Shown in pieces: positions 54,340 through 64,000 of a DNA stretch of 64,000 nucleotides. The notes under the pieces were generated by a model. The model ran no database searches, was not told where the DNA came from, and was given only the letters and a program-made list of their open reading frames with translations. This DNA is from an uncultured Coriobacteriales bacterium. GTDB taxonomy: Bacteria > Actinomycetota > Coriobacteriia > Coriobacteriales > UMGS124. Position numbers and translations under genes: made by a program. The stretch spans positions 1,811-65,810 of the forward strand of contig CAKUFZ010000003.1 in assembly GCA_934654475.1 (NCBI GenBank), read 5' to 3'. Numbering within the stretch: the stretch's first letter is position 1; every line of letters starts with the position of its first letter.

Positions 54340-54378
54340 GGGGCGCAGGGTCATGTAAGGGATTCTGCGCCCTTTTTG
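54340..54378 (+). terminator. Rho-independent terminator of pepT
   Basis: Stem ggggcgcag/ctgcgccc with a 16-nt loop, followed by TTTTTG. Confidence 0.65.
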
Positions 54379-54426
54379 TCCTCTATGAAGCTGTATTGCG
54401 AAACTGATTCGTGCCGTCTGAACCGA

Positions 54427-55704
54427 CTAGAACTCGTCCGGATTTTCAATCTCAATGTGGCAGACGTTTGCGCCCAGCAAGCTGAGCTTGCCCGTGAAGT
54501 CCTCATAGCCGCGCTTGATATGACGCGTCTCCGACACATAGGTCGTACCCTCAGCCACAAGGCCGGCAAGCACGAGTGCAGCGCCGCCGCGCAGGTCGGG
54601 AGAGGCAACCTGTGCTCCCGTGAAATTCGTCGGACCCTTGACCAAGGCATGACGCTCCTCAACACGAATGGAAGCACCCATGCGCACAAGCTCTGCAGCC
54701 AGCATGAAACGGTTCTCAAACACGTTCTCGGTGATGAAACTGGCACCATCGGCCATGCATTCAAGCACCATGAGCTGAGCCTGCATATCGGTGGGGAAAC
54801 CAGGATACGGAAGCGTCTGGATATCCACGGGAACGAGCTTCTCACCGCGACGGACAGTCACGCCGTTCTCAAAACGCTCGATCTCAACGCCCATCTGGGC
54901 CATTTTTGCAAGCGGGATATCGAGATGCATGGGGTCGAAACCGGTGACGGTCACGCCCTCGTCGGAGCAAAGAGCACCGGCAACGATGAAAGTGCCGGCC
55001 TCAATGCGGTCGCCGACCGTCACATGGTCGGTCGCGTGGAGCTCCTCCACGCCTTCGATGCGCACGACATGCGAGCCAGCATCAATGATCTTTGCGCCCA
55101 TGTCATTGAGCATGTTTGCCAAATCGACAATCTCAGGCTCACGGGCCGCGTTCTCGATGATGGTCGTGCCCTTTGCCTTTACGGCACCCATCATGATGTT
55201 CTCTGTAGCACCCACGCTGGGGAAGTCGAGCGTGACGATAGCGCCATGCAGGCCAGCCGTGCCGTCGGCACGGATATTGCCATGGTCGTTGTCGATCTTC
55301 ACGCCAAGTGCTGCCAGACCAGACAGATGCTGGTCGATAGAGCGGGCACCGATGTTGCACCCGCCGGGCATGGCCACAATGGCCTTGCCGAAACGCGTGA
55401 TAAGCGGGCCAAGAATCGAGATGCTTGCACGCATCTTCGAAACATACTCATAGGGAGTGACCCAGTTGCTCACCGTCTTGGTGTCGATGATAAGCTCATG
55501 CTCCCCATGAACAACGCAGGCGCCGAGCGTCTGGAGCACCTTGCACATGAGCCTGACATCAGAGATGTCAGGCACATTGCTGAGGTGATAGACGCCCGGC
55601 GCCATGACAGTTGCAGCCATGAGCTTCAAGGCTGAGTTCTTTGCACCCTCGACGTGTACGGTACCGTGCAGCTTAGCGCCGCCTTCTACTTTGATCACGT
55701 CCAT
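54427..55704 (-). CDS. murA: UDP-N-acetylglucosamine 1-carboxyvinyltransferase
   Basis: AAGGAG RBS. MDVIKVEGGAKLHGTVHVEGAKNSALKLMAA.. and full-length EPSP-synthase-fold similarity (425 aa). Confidence 0.92.
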   Translation of the reverse strand: MDVIKVEGGAKLHGTVHVEGAKNSALKLMAATVMAPGVYHLSNVPDISDVRLMCKVLQTLGACVVHGEHELIIDTKTVSNWVTPYEYVSKMRASISILGPLITRFGKAIVAMPGGCNIGARSIDQHLSGLAALGVKIDNDHGNIRADGTAGLHGAIVTLDFPSVGATENIMMGAVKAKGTTIIENAAREPEIVDLANMLNDMGAKIIDAGSHVVRIEGVEELHATDHVTVGDRIEAGTFIVAGALCSDEGVTVTGFDPMHLDIPLAKMAQMGVEIERFENGVTVRRGEKLVPVDIQTLPYPGFPTDMQAQLMVLECMADGASFITENVFENRFMLAAELVRMGASIRVEERHALVKGPTNFTGAQVASPDLRGGAALVLAGLVAEGTTYVSETRHIKRGYEDFTGKLSLLGANVCHIEIENPDEF

Positions 55705-55718
55705 GAGTGCGCTCCTTC

Positions 55719-56126
55719 TTAAGCGTTTACGGTCTTAAGCTGGAGCTCGAGCCATTCCTTCTGACCCTTGAGGTAGGCGGCAGCAGAGTCGCCTTCCGAA
55801 AGGGCTGCAAGTTCCTTCTCGACGCCAGCCAGCGTGGTCTGAACCTCGTCGGCCTTAATCTGGGAAACCTCAAGAGCGTCGTTAGCAAGAACGATGACCT
55901 TGTTGTCATTGACCTGAGCGTAGCCGCCGCTCAGAACAAACTCGTGCTTGCCATCGGCCGCGGTGACGTTAACCACGCCAGCCTTGAGGGCAGAAACAAG
56001 CGGCTCGTGACGCTGCATCACGCCGAAAGAGCCAATCTCGCCAGGAAGACCCACATAGGTGGCCTCGCTTGCGAAAACGGTCTTTACCGGGGTGACGATC
56101 TCACAGGTAAGTGTGTTGTCCGCCAT
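55719..56126 (-). CDS. atpC: F1 ATP synthase epsilon subunit
   Basis: 135 aa in the operon position after beta. ..CEIVTPVKTVF..VGLPGEIGSFGVM..H.PL. Confidence 0.9.
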   Translation of the reverse strand: MADNTLTCEIVTPVKTVFASEATYVGLPGEIGSFGVMQRHEPLVSALKAGVVNVTAADGKHEFVLSGGYAQVNDNKVIVLANDALEVSQIKADEVQTTLAGVEKELAALSEGDSAAAYLKGQKEWLELQLKTVNA

Positions 56127-56159
56127 AAGCCTGACCTCTCTTTACGAGTGGGCCGAAGC

Positions 56160-57575
<1,416 letters not shown>

Positions 57576-58457
57576 CTATTCTTCCTTCTTCTGAGCCGCG
57601 GCGCCAGCGACGATCTCGGTGATCTCAGTAGTAATGGCGCCCTGGCGAGCACGGTTGTACTGACGCTGCAGGGTATTGATGATCTCGGTCGCGTTATCCG
57701 TGGCCGACTTCATTGCCTTACGGCGGGCACCCTGCTCGCCTGCGGCCGAGTCGATCAGGGCATGGTAGACCATCGTCTCAACGTATGCCGGAAGAAGCTT
57801 GCCCAAGACCGCTGCCTCATCGGGCTCAAAGTCAAAGGTAGCCTCAGCATCAGATGCACCGTTGGAGACGTTGCTCACGTCCACGGGCAGGAGCTGCTCG
57901 CAACGCAGGTCCTGGTCGGCGGCGTTACGCATGTGGTTGTAGTACACCAGCACCTCGTCCACCTGACCAGTGGCGTACTTGTCGCGCACGTAGGAAGCGA
58001 TGCGGCTGGCCTCCTCGAAGGTGGGGTCTGCGGACAAGCCCGCAAACTTCATCTCGGCGGAGACACCACGGTACCCGAAGTAACCGATGGCCTTCTTGCC
58101 ACAGAGGATGTAGCTCGTCTCAATGCCCTGAGCGGCATAGGCGTGAGCCTGCTTCTCAGCAGCACGGAGAACCTGGGTGTTGAAGGCGCCTGCAAGGCCA
58201 CGGTCGGAAGTGACCACGACGAACAGAACGTTCTTCTTCTCAGGATGAGCCTCAAGAAGAGGATGCGAAGCCTCGCCGGCTTTGCCGGCGAGGTTTCCAA
58301 GCATCTCCAACATTGCCTCGGAGTACGGGGTCGCCGCCACGACACGTTCAGACGCCTTGCGGATCTTTGCCGTAGCCACCATTTCCATGGTGCGGGTGAT
58401 CTGCTTGGTGGACTTGACAGAAGTGATGCGCTTCTTCATGTCGCGGAGGTTGGCCAT
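57576..58457 (-). CDS. atpG: F1 ATP synthase gamma subunit
   Basis: MANLRDMKKRITSVKSTKQITRTMEMVA.. and ..ITTEITEIVAGA. Confidence 0.95.
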   Translation of the reverse strand: MANLRDMKKRITSVKSTKQITRTMEMVATAKIRKASERVVAATPYSEAMLEMLGNLAGKAGEASHPLLEAHPEKKNVLFVVVTSDRGLAGAFNTQVLRAAEKQAHAYAAQGIETSYILCGKKAIGYFGYRGVSAEMKFAGLSADPTFEEASRIASYVRDKYATGQVDEVLVYYNHMRNAADQDLRCEQLLPVDVSNVSNGASDAEATFDFEPDEAAVLGKLLPAYVETMVYHALIDSAAGEQGARRKAMKSATDNATEIINTLQRQYNRARQGAITTEITEIVAGAAAQKKEE

Positions 58458-58459
58458 GG

Positions 58460-60031
58460 TTACACCTGGCTTTCAGCGACGAACTGCTCGTGGTAAGCCT
58501 TGATGGCCTCAGCCATCTTAGCCTGGAGCTCGTCGGACACCTTGCCGGCCTTGATCTGAGCGTTGAACTCAGGATGGGTGGCATGGATGTTCTGAAGCAG
58601 ACCATCGCGGAAAGGCACAACCTGCTCAAGCTGGAGGTCGTCGGTGTAGCCCTTGGTGCCCGCAAAGATGGCGATAACCTGATCGGCAACGTCCATGGGG
58701 TTGTAACGAGGCTGCTTGAGCAGCTCGTACATACGCGAACCACGGGTCAGCTGATCCTGGGTAGCCTTGTCCAGGTCGCTGCCGAACTGCGTGAAGGCCT
58801 TGAGCTCGTCGTAAGCGGCAAGGTCCAGACGCAGGTTGCCGGCGAACTGCTTCATCGACTTGATCTGAGCCGAACCACCAACGCGGGACACCGAAATGCC
58901 CACGTCAACGGCGGGACGCTGGCCCTGGAAGAACAGGTCGGTCTGCAGGTAAATCTGACCGTCGGTAATCGAAATCACGTTGGTCGGAATGTATGCAGAA
59001 ACGTCGCCAGCCTGGGTCTCGATGACGGGCAGAGCCGTGAGCGAACCGGAGCCGTTCTCCTCGTTCAGCTTAACGGCGCGCTCGAGCAGACGCGAGTGCA
59101 GGTAGAAGACGTCGCCAGGGTAAGCCTCGCGTCCCGGGGGACGGTCGAGCGTCAGCGACATCTGACGGTAAGCAACAGCCTGCTTGGACAGGTCGTCGTA
59201 CACGCACAGGACGTGGCCGCCGGGGTTGTCCTTACCAGCAGGCTTGCCGTCCTTGCCGTTGTACATGAAGTACTCGCCGATTGCAGCACCAGCCATGGGG
59301 GCGATGAACTGCAGCGGGGCGGCGTCGGAAGCAGAAGCGGAAACGATGATGGAGTACTCGAGAGCGCCATGCTTCTCGAGCGTCTCACGAATTGCGGCGA
59401 CCGTCGAGGCCTTCTGGCCAACGGCGACGTAGACGCAAATCATGTTCTCGTTCTTCTGGTTGATGATCGTGTCGATGCCGACAGCGGTCTTACCAGTCTT
59501 ACGGTCGCCAATGATGAGCTCGCGCTGGCCGCGGCCAATCGGGATCATCGCGTCGATAGCGAGCAGGCCGGTCTGAACGGGCTCGCAAACACCCTTACGG
59601 GCCATAACGCCGGGAGCCTTGAACTCGATGGGGCGATAGCCCTCGACCTCAATGGGGCCCATACCGTCGATAGGCTCGCCAAGCGGGTTGACGACGCGGC
59701 CGAGCATGGCACGGGAGACAGGGATCTCAAGGATGCGGCCGGTCGTGTGGACCTCGTCGCCTTCCTTAATAACAGCGACGTCGCCCAGAAGAACGGCGCC
59801 AACCTCATCCTCTTCCAGGTTCTGGGAAAGGCCGTAGACCTTCTTGCCAGTGCTGGCGCTCACGAACTCGAGGAGCTCGCCGGCCATAGCGTCCTGCAGA
59901 CCCTCAATACGGGCGATGCCGTCGCCGACCTGGATAACCGTACCAACCTCACGCGTATCAACCGTGGTGTTCAGCGAATCGAGCTGCTTCTTAAGGGCAG
60001 CCTCGATGTTCGCAGCGGTAATTTCCGCCAT
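58460..60031 (-). CDS. atpA: F1 ATP synthase alpha subunit
   Basis: [10 protein letters not shown] Walker A, full-length match (523 aa). Confidence 0.97.
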   Translation of the reverse strand: MAEITAANIEAALKKQLDSLNTTVDTREVGTVIQVGDGIARIEGLQDAMAGELLEFVSASTGKKVYGLSQNLEEDEVGAVLLGDVAVIKEGDEVHTTGRILEIPVSRAMLGRVVNPLGEPIDGMGPIEVEGYRPIEFKAPGVMARKGVCEPVQTGLLAIDAMIPIGRGQRELIIGDRKTGKTAVGIDTIINQKNENMICVYVAVGQKASTVAAIRETLEKHGALEYSIIVSASASDAAPLQFIAPMAGAAIGEYFMYNGKDGKPAGKDNPGGHVLCVYDDLSKQAVAYRQMSLTLDRPPGREAYPGDVFYLHSRLLERAVKLNEENGSGSLTALPVIETQAGDVSAYIPTNVISITDGQIYLQTDLFFQGQRPAVDVGISVSRVGGSAQIKSMKQFAGNLRLDLAAYDELKAFTQFGSDLDKATQDQLTRGSRMYELLKQPRYNPMDVADQVIAIFAGTKGYTDDLQLEQVVPFRDGLLQNIHATHPEFNAQIKAGKVSDELQAKMAEAIKAYHEQFVAESQV

Positions 60032-60600
60032 TACTCTTCACCTCCGGTAGATGCGGTCTTGAGCACCTGGCGAGCATGGTTGAGCTGCGTCTTGACGCTA
60101 GCGTCCATACGCTTGCCGTGGGTGCTGATGATGAAGCCTCCCAGAATCGAGGCGTCGACGCTCTCGTTGAGGCGGACGCCATGACCAAGGTCGGCCGAAA
60201 GCTTCTTGCTGATAACGTCACGCAGATGGTCGTCGAGCGGCACGGCCGTGGTGACATCCACGACCACCATGTCGAGGGCCTTCTCCGCAGCCGCCTCATA
60301 AGCGACGGCAACACGGCCAAGGAGCTTCATGTCGCCGCGTTCGGCCATGACGGCCACGACGCTGACGACCTCCGGGGCAAACCCAGAGAAAGCATCCTTG
60401 ACGAATGCCGACTTGTTCTCTGCAGGAACATTGGGGTTCTGCAGGAACTCACGCACCTGGGAAGACTTGACGACAGCGACACGGACGTTCTTGATGTCCT
60501 CGATGTCCTCGAAGACACGGTCCGCCACCTGCGCAGCCTCAAGGAGGCACTGGGCGTAGGTTGCTACCTCTTGCTTGACCAGAATGCGCTTAGTTGGCAT
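60031..60600 (-). CDS. atpH: F1 ATP synthase delta (OSCP) subunit
   Basis: Operon position between b and alpha. ATG 60600 overlaps the atpF stop by 11 nt (alternative GTG 60609). Confidence 0.85.
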   Translation of the reverse strand: MPTKRILVKQEVATYAQCLLEAAQVADRVFEDIEDIKNVRVAVVKSSQVREFLQNPNVPAENKSAFVKDAFSGFAPEVVSVVAVMAERGDMKLLGRVAVAYEAAAEKALDMVVVDVTTAVPLDDHLRDVISKKLSADLGHGVRLNESVDASILGGFIISTHGKRMDASVKTQLNHARQVLKTASTGGEE

Positions 60601-61189
60601 CGAGAGCACCCGCTTCCGCGACGTACTTCTCGATCAACTTGCGCTGATCGGCGTCAGACAGACCCTCACCGATGAAACGACCGGCAACGGCAACAGAGAG
60701 ATCCGCGACAGAAGACTGCAGGTCGGCAATAGCGGCCAGCTTCTCCTTCTCGATGGACTTCTTAGCCTTAGCGATCATCTCGTCAGCCTGAGCCTGAGCC
60801 TGAGCCGTGATGTCAGCCTTGACCTGCTCACCAGCGCGACGGGCCTCGTCGACAATGCCGGCAGCCTCGCGACGAGCGTCAGCGAGCTGCTTCTTGTACT
60901 CCTCGAGGGAGCGCTGGGCTTCGATCTTGGCAGCCTCAGCCTCGTCGAGGTTGTTCTTGATGGTCTCCTGACGCTTGTCGAGCATGCCGACAATCATCGG
61001 CCAAGCGAACTTGGCAAGAACCACCCAGATAACCAGGAAGGCAATGAGGGCAGGAATGAACTCAGAAAGGTTGGGGATCAGGATGCCGATACCCAGATCA
61101 GAGTTTTCCTCTGCAAGAGCGAGCGAGGGGGCAGCCAGGGCAACGGCACCGGCAGCGAGTGCCGCAGCGCCGTTTTTGCAATTGCTCAT
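60590..61189 (-). CDS. atpF: Fo ATP synthase b subunit
   Basis: A single TM helix followed by a long charged coiled coil (..DEAEAAKIEAQRSLEEYKKQLADARREA..). ATG 61189 has a strong GGAGGTGA RBS; the track start at 61225 lacks one. Confidence 0.85.
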   Translation of the reverse strand: MSNCKNGAAALAAGAVALAAPSLALAEENSDLGIGILIPNLSEFIPALIAFLVIWVVLAKFAWPMIVGMLDKRQETIKNNLDEAEAAKIEAQRSLEEYKKQLADARREAAGIVDEARRAGEQVKADITAQAQAQADEMIAKAKKSIEKEKLAAIADLQSSVADLSVAVAGRFIGEGLSDADQRKLIEKYVAEAGALDAN

Positions 61190-61242
61190 TGACTCACCTC
61201 CATCGTGTTTCGAAGTTTCCGACATTCAGGTAAAAGAATTAC

Positions 61243-61434
61243 TTACTTAATGAGGGCAACAACGAAGCCGATGAGTGCAAGAGCCTCGACGAAGGCGGCG
61301 CCCAGAATGAAGACGGTGAACAGACGACCCTGAACCTCGGGCTGGCGAGCCATACCAGTGGCAGCGCCGTAAGCAGCCAGACCAATGCCGAGGCCGGCAC
61401 CGATAACACCGAGACCATAACCGATAACGCCCAT
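61243..61434 (-). CDS. atpE: Fo ATP synthase c subunit
   Basis: 63 aa hairpin proteolipid with ..GMARQPE.. loop and a conserved carboxylate helix (FVEALALIG). AGGAGG RBS. Confidence 0.93.
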   Translation of the reverse strand: MGVIGYGLGVIGAGLGIGLAAYGAATGMARQPEVQGRLFTVFILGAAFVEALALIGFVVALIK

Positions 61435-61581
61435 GATTCCTCCTAAAAGGACGGCCGCCCAGCCCTATGCTGGGCGAATACCTACAGAAAACACTCCTAT
61501 GTCATCGGCTGCGTTTTACAACCGAAGTGACCAACCAAACCGGCGCGATGCCGGGCAGAACAGTGAACCTTGAGTCGAGGC

Positions 61582-62367
61582 TTAGTGCTCGGACTCGGCG
61601 AGCTGCACGTACACGGCAGAAAGAACCGTGAAGACGTAGGCCTGGATGACGGCCACGACGAGCTCGATGGCGTAGACAACCGTGAGGATGGCAATCCACA
61701 CGATGCTTGCCAGACCAACGGGGTTGCCGGCGCTGATGAGCACGCCGAAGAAGCTGCTCGTCAGGATCGCGAAGGCCGCAAGGCAGATGTGGCCGGCGAA
61801 CATGTTGGCGAAGAGTCGGACGGCCAGGGTGATGAGGCGCAGAATCGTGGAGAAGGCCTCGATGACGCCGACCAGAACGTTGATCGGGAAGGCGACGCCG
61901 GCAGGAGCAAGGGACTTAATGTAGCCCAGAGCACCCATGTGCTTCACTGCGACGCGGATGAAATACACAAAGGAGCACAGAGCGAGTGCAAAGGTGACGC
62001 CGATGGTGCCCGTACCAGGCTTGCAGCCGGGAATGACACCGACGATGTCATTGAAAAGGATGAAGAAGAAAATGGTGAGCAGGAAGGGGCCATGCTTGTC
62101 GGCCGTCTTGCCCAGGTTGCCCTTGAGAATGTCCTGACGAACATACTCAACCACGTACTCAACACCGTTCACAAAGCGGCCACGGGGGACCAGCGACAGA
62201 CGGCCCCTGGCTGCAAAGAGCACAACCAGCATAAGAACGATGGCGACGCACATCCAGAAGATGTACTGGGTCAGGCCGGCCTGGCCGCCGCCCACAATGA
62301 AGCGTGGGAGGAACTCATGAACGACCTCGTTGATTTCCTCACTGATGCTCGCGAGTAACTCTTCCAT
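61582..62367 (-). CDS. atpB: Fo ATP synthase a subunit
   Basis: 261 aa polytopic protein. ..LAVRLFANMFAGH.. supplies the conserved Arg. GAGGAG RBS. Confidence 0.93.
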   Translation of the reverse strand: MEELLASISEEINEVVHEFLPRFIVGGGQAGLTQYIFWMCVAIVLMLVVLFAARGRLSLVPRGRFVNGVEYVVEYVRQDILKGNLGKTADKHGPFLLTIFFFILFNDIVGVIPGCKPGTGTIGVTFALALCSFVYFIRVAVKHMGALGYIKSLAPAGVAFPINVLVGVIEAFSTILRLITLAVRLFANMFAGHICLAAFAILTSSFFGVLISAGNPVGLASIVWIAILTVVYAIELVVAVIQAYVFTVLSAVYVQLAESEH

Positions 62368-62385
62368 CTATATCTCCTCACACGT

Positions 62386-62673
62386 CTACGGACGAGGTTT
62401 GCGACCGTATAGGACGACACTTACAACAGTCGCAGCAAGGAACGCCGCAACCAGCACGCACGCGAAAAGGAAGAGCTCCTCGCGTATCGCGACGTAGGCT
62501 ACCAGTACCGACACGGCAATGACAACCACAGAAACGCAAGCGGCACCTACGAGCCGAAGAATGGAGCCGTCGCGCTTCTTTTTCGACACCGCCAGGCCAA
62601 CGGCATAAGGAGCCGAACTCGCCACGCCTGCCAACAGTGCACAGATGACGACAACCATCGTATGCTCCACCAA
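62386..62673 (-). CDS. Small membrane protein, AtpI/AtpZ-like (ATP synthase operon leader gene)
   Basis: About 90 aa with 3 hydrophobic helices, directly upstream of atpB. Start uncertain (TTG 62673 or ATG 62658). Confidence 0.6.
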   Translation of the reverse strand: MVEHTMVVVICALLAGVASSAPYAVGLAVSKKKRDGSILRLVGAACVSVVVIAVSVLVAYVAIREELFLFACVLVAAFLAATVVSVVLYGRKPRP

Positions 62674-62712
62674 CCATCACGCCTTTCCGCCGTGCCGAAA
62701 CGCCAAGGCAGA

Positions 62713-62741
62713 ATGCTAGCCTCTCTACCGCCTTCAGGCAA
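62713..62741 (-). promoter_or_regulatory. Candidate promoter of the atp operon (TTGCCT-17-TAGCAT on the minus strand)
   Basis: Hexamers at 62741-62736 and 62718-62713. Located just after the terminator at 62744-62785 and about 40 nt before the AtpI-like start. Confidence 0.3.
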
Positions 62742-62743
62742 TC

Positions 62744-62785
62744 AAAAAAACGGCAAATTAAGCCATCTTTGAGGTAGTTTGCCCG
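62744..62785 (-). terminator. Terminator after the dCMP deaminase gene
   Basis: The minus strand reads cgggcaaa..(22-nt loop)..tttgccg followed by TTTTTTT. Confidence 0.5.
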
Positions 62786-62821
62786 AATTCAACACAAACC
62801 GCCGCATGACCCATTTCGAGT

Positions 62822-63292
62822 CTATAGGGCCTTATCCTCGTATTTTTCAACAACGACCCCAGCTTCATGCAAAAGGGAGGTTGAAAGTTCGTCCGGGTAC
62901 GACTCGCGAAACACGATTCGCTTGACGCCGGCGTTGATGAGCATCTTGGCGCACTGCACGCACGGGTACGTTGTGCAGTAAAGCGTGGAGCCATCTTGGG
63001 CCACGCCGCCGTGACGCGCGGCCTGGATGATGGCGTTCTGCTCACCGTGGAGACCTCGGCACAGCTCGTGCTTAGTGCCGCTGGGAATGTTGAGCTCAGT
63101 ACGCAGACAACCTCGCGTAAGACAGTGCTCGATACCGCGCGGCACTCCGTTGTATCCCGTTGCAAGAATCCGGTGATCGTTGCTCACAAGGACGGCACCG
63201 ACGTGGCGGCGCAGGCACGTGGAGCGCGTGGCCGCAACGTCGGCTATCTGCATGAAGTACTCGTCCCAGCTGGGACGCTTGTCGCACGTCAT
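62822..63292 (-). CDS. dCMP deaminase (ComEB-like cytidine/deoxycytidylate deaminase)
   Basis: ..[41 protein letters not shown]: zinc-binding H(A/G)E and PCxxC motifs. Confidence 0.88.
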   Translation of the reverse strand: MTCDKRPSWDEYFMQIADVAATRSTCLRRHVGAVLVSNDHRILATGYNGVPRGIEHCLTRGCLRTELNIPSGTKHELCRGLHGEQNAIIQAARHGGVAQDGSTLYCTTYPCVQCAKMLINAGVKRIVFRESYPDELSTSLLHEAGVVVEKYEDKAL

Positions 63293-63298
63293 AATGCC

Positions 63299-63847
63299 TT
63301 ATGCCTTGTCGACGGGTCCGAGCTTGGCCTCGACGGCCTTGTCGAGGTTCTCGGCAAGCGAGGAGCGCAGCGGCGTGACGTGGGGATGGGCCTTCTCGGC
63401 CACCTTGCCGGCAAGGTCGAGCTCCATGATCTTGGCAACGCGACCCGCATGGCGACCACCCTCGAACTCAGCGACAAGGAAGACCTTGAGGATGCGCTCG
63501 TTCTCCTCAAGGGAGACGAAGCGGCCGGACAGGGCGATGACGTTGCCGTCGTTGTGGCGGCGGAACAGTTCGGCAAACTCGGGGCTCGTGATGCTGGCGG
63601 CACGGACGCCGGCAACCTTGTCGGCCGCAACCGCCATGCCGATGCCGGTACCGCACACGAGCACGCCCTTGTCAGCCTCGCCTGCGGCGACAGCCTTGCC
63701 TACGGCCACGGCGTAATCGGGATAGTCAACGCGCTCGGCGTTGTCGGGACCCAGGTCGATGACCTCATGGCCCAGCGACTGCAAGAAAGGCACAAGCGCC
63801 GCCTTCTGCTCGTATCCTGCATGGTCCGAAGCGATGGCAATGCGCAT
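63299..63847 (-). CDS. rpiB: Ribose-5-phosphate isomerase B with a C-terminal extension of about 35 aa
   Basis: MRIAIASDHAGYEQK..GVLVCGTGIGMAVAANK-like..NDGNVIALSGR match the RpiB/LacAB family. 182 aa. Confidence 0.88.
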   Translation of the reverse strand: MRIAIASDHAGYEQKAALVPFLQSLGHEVIDLGPDNAERVDYPDYAVAVGKAVAAGEADKGVLVCGTGIGMAVAADKVAGVRAASITSPEFAELFRRHNDGNVIALSGRFVSLEENERILKVFLVAEFEGGRHAGRVAKIMELDLAGKVAEKAHPHVTPLRSSLAENLDKAVEAKLGPVDKA

Positions 63848-63958
63848 GGTGTTCTCCCTTTCCTTGGCAACAATAGGCTGAATAACTATAGCGCCCGATA
63901 CCAGCTTCTGGCTACCCCGTCACGCATCCGCAGGGTAACCATAAGGTCGAGGGTCCGA

Positions 63959-64000
63959 CTAGTCCTCGGCGCGGCTCAGGAACTCGCGGACGAAATCGGT
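63959..64000 (-). CDS. 3' end (14 codons) of an unidentified gene running off the right edge
   Basis: The minus frame ..TDFVREFLSRAED* has G/C-rich third positions. Too short to identify. Confidence 0.35.
   Translation of the reverse strand, partial: TDFVREFLSRAED

Overview
High-GC bacterial chromosome segment. No database search was run; all calls rest on motif recognition, ORF structure, RBS placement and repeat comparison by eye. The gene content, with many Tat-exported flavoprotein and molybdopterin reductases each next to a multi-TM LuxR-type regulator, resembles Eggerthellaceae/Coriobacteriia genomes (inference). Left to right: (1) a partial HsdS-like gene; (2) methionine genes (metA, a MalY/PatB-type C-S lyase) and an aconitase-family gene; (3) a repeat-flanked accessory patch with ogt, a Phd/RelE-type toxin-antitoxin pair and an AlbA_2/HATPase protein; (4) reductase module 1: Tat flavoprotein, tandem FMN-bind protein, LuxR; (5) module 2: DmsABC-like genes with a 1132-aa catalytic subunit, LuxR; (6) an 8-gene minus-strand cluster: hypothetical, TorD-like, NapG-like, NapH-like, Fe-S protein, then two UvrD-like P-loop proteins around a disordered protein; (7) module 3: Tat flavoprotein, LuxR, EamA transporter; (8) an AAA-ATPase/PD-(D/E)XK protein; (9) glycerate kinase and a GntP permease; (10) a DtxR-family regulator; (11) module 4: a 727-aa Tat flavoprotein, two S41-like paralogs, LuxR; (12) housekeeping genes thrC, pepT, murA, a complete F1Fo ATP synthase operon, dCMP deaminase and rpiB. 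I recognised no rRNA, tRNA, CRISPR array, transposase or integrase. The main non-coding signals are two dispersed repeat families, one of them inside the DmsA/DmsB operon spacer, and a TIR-bounded element of about 125 bp present twice. Most long track ORFs opposite the called genes are high-GC shadow ORFs. The best candidate for something undescribed is the orphan NapGH/TorD/Fe-S module coupled to two degenerate UvrD-like ATPases at 23.6-33.5 kb.
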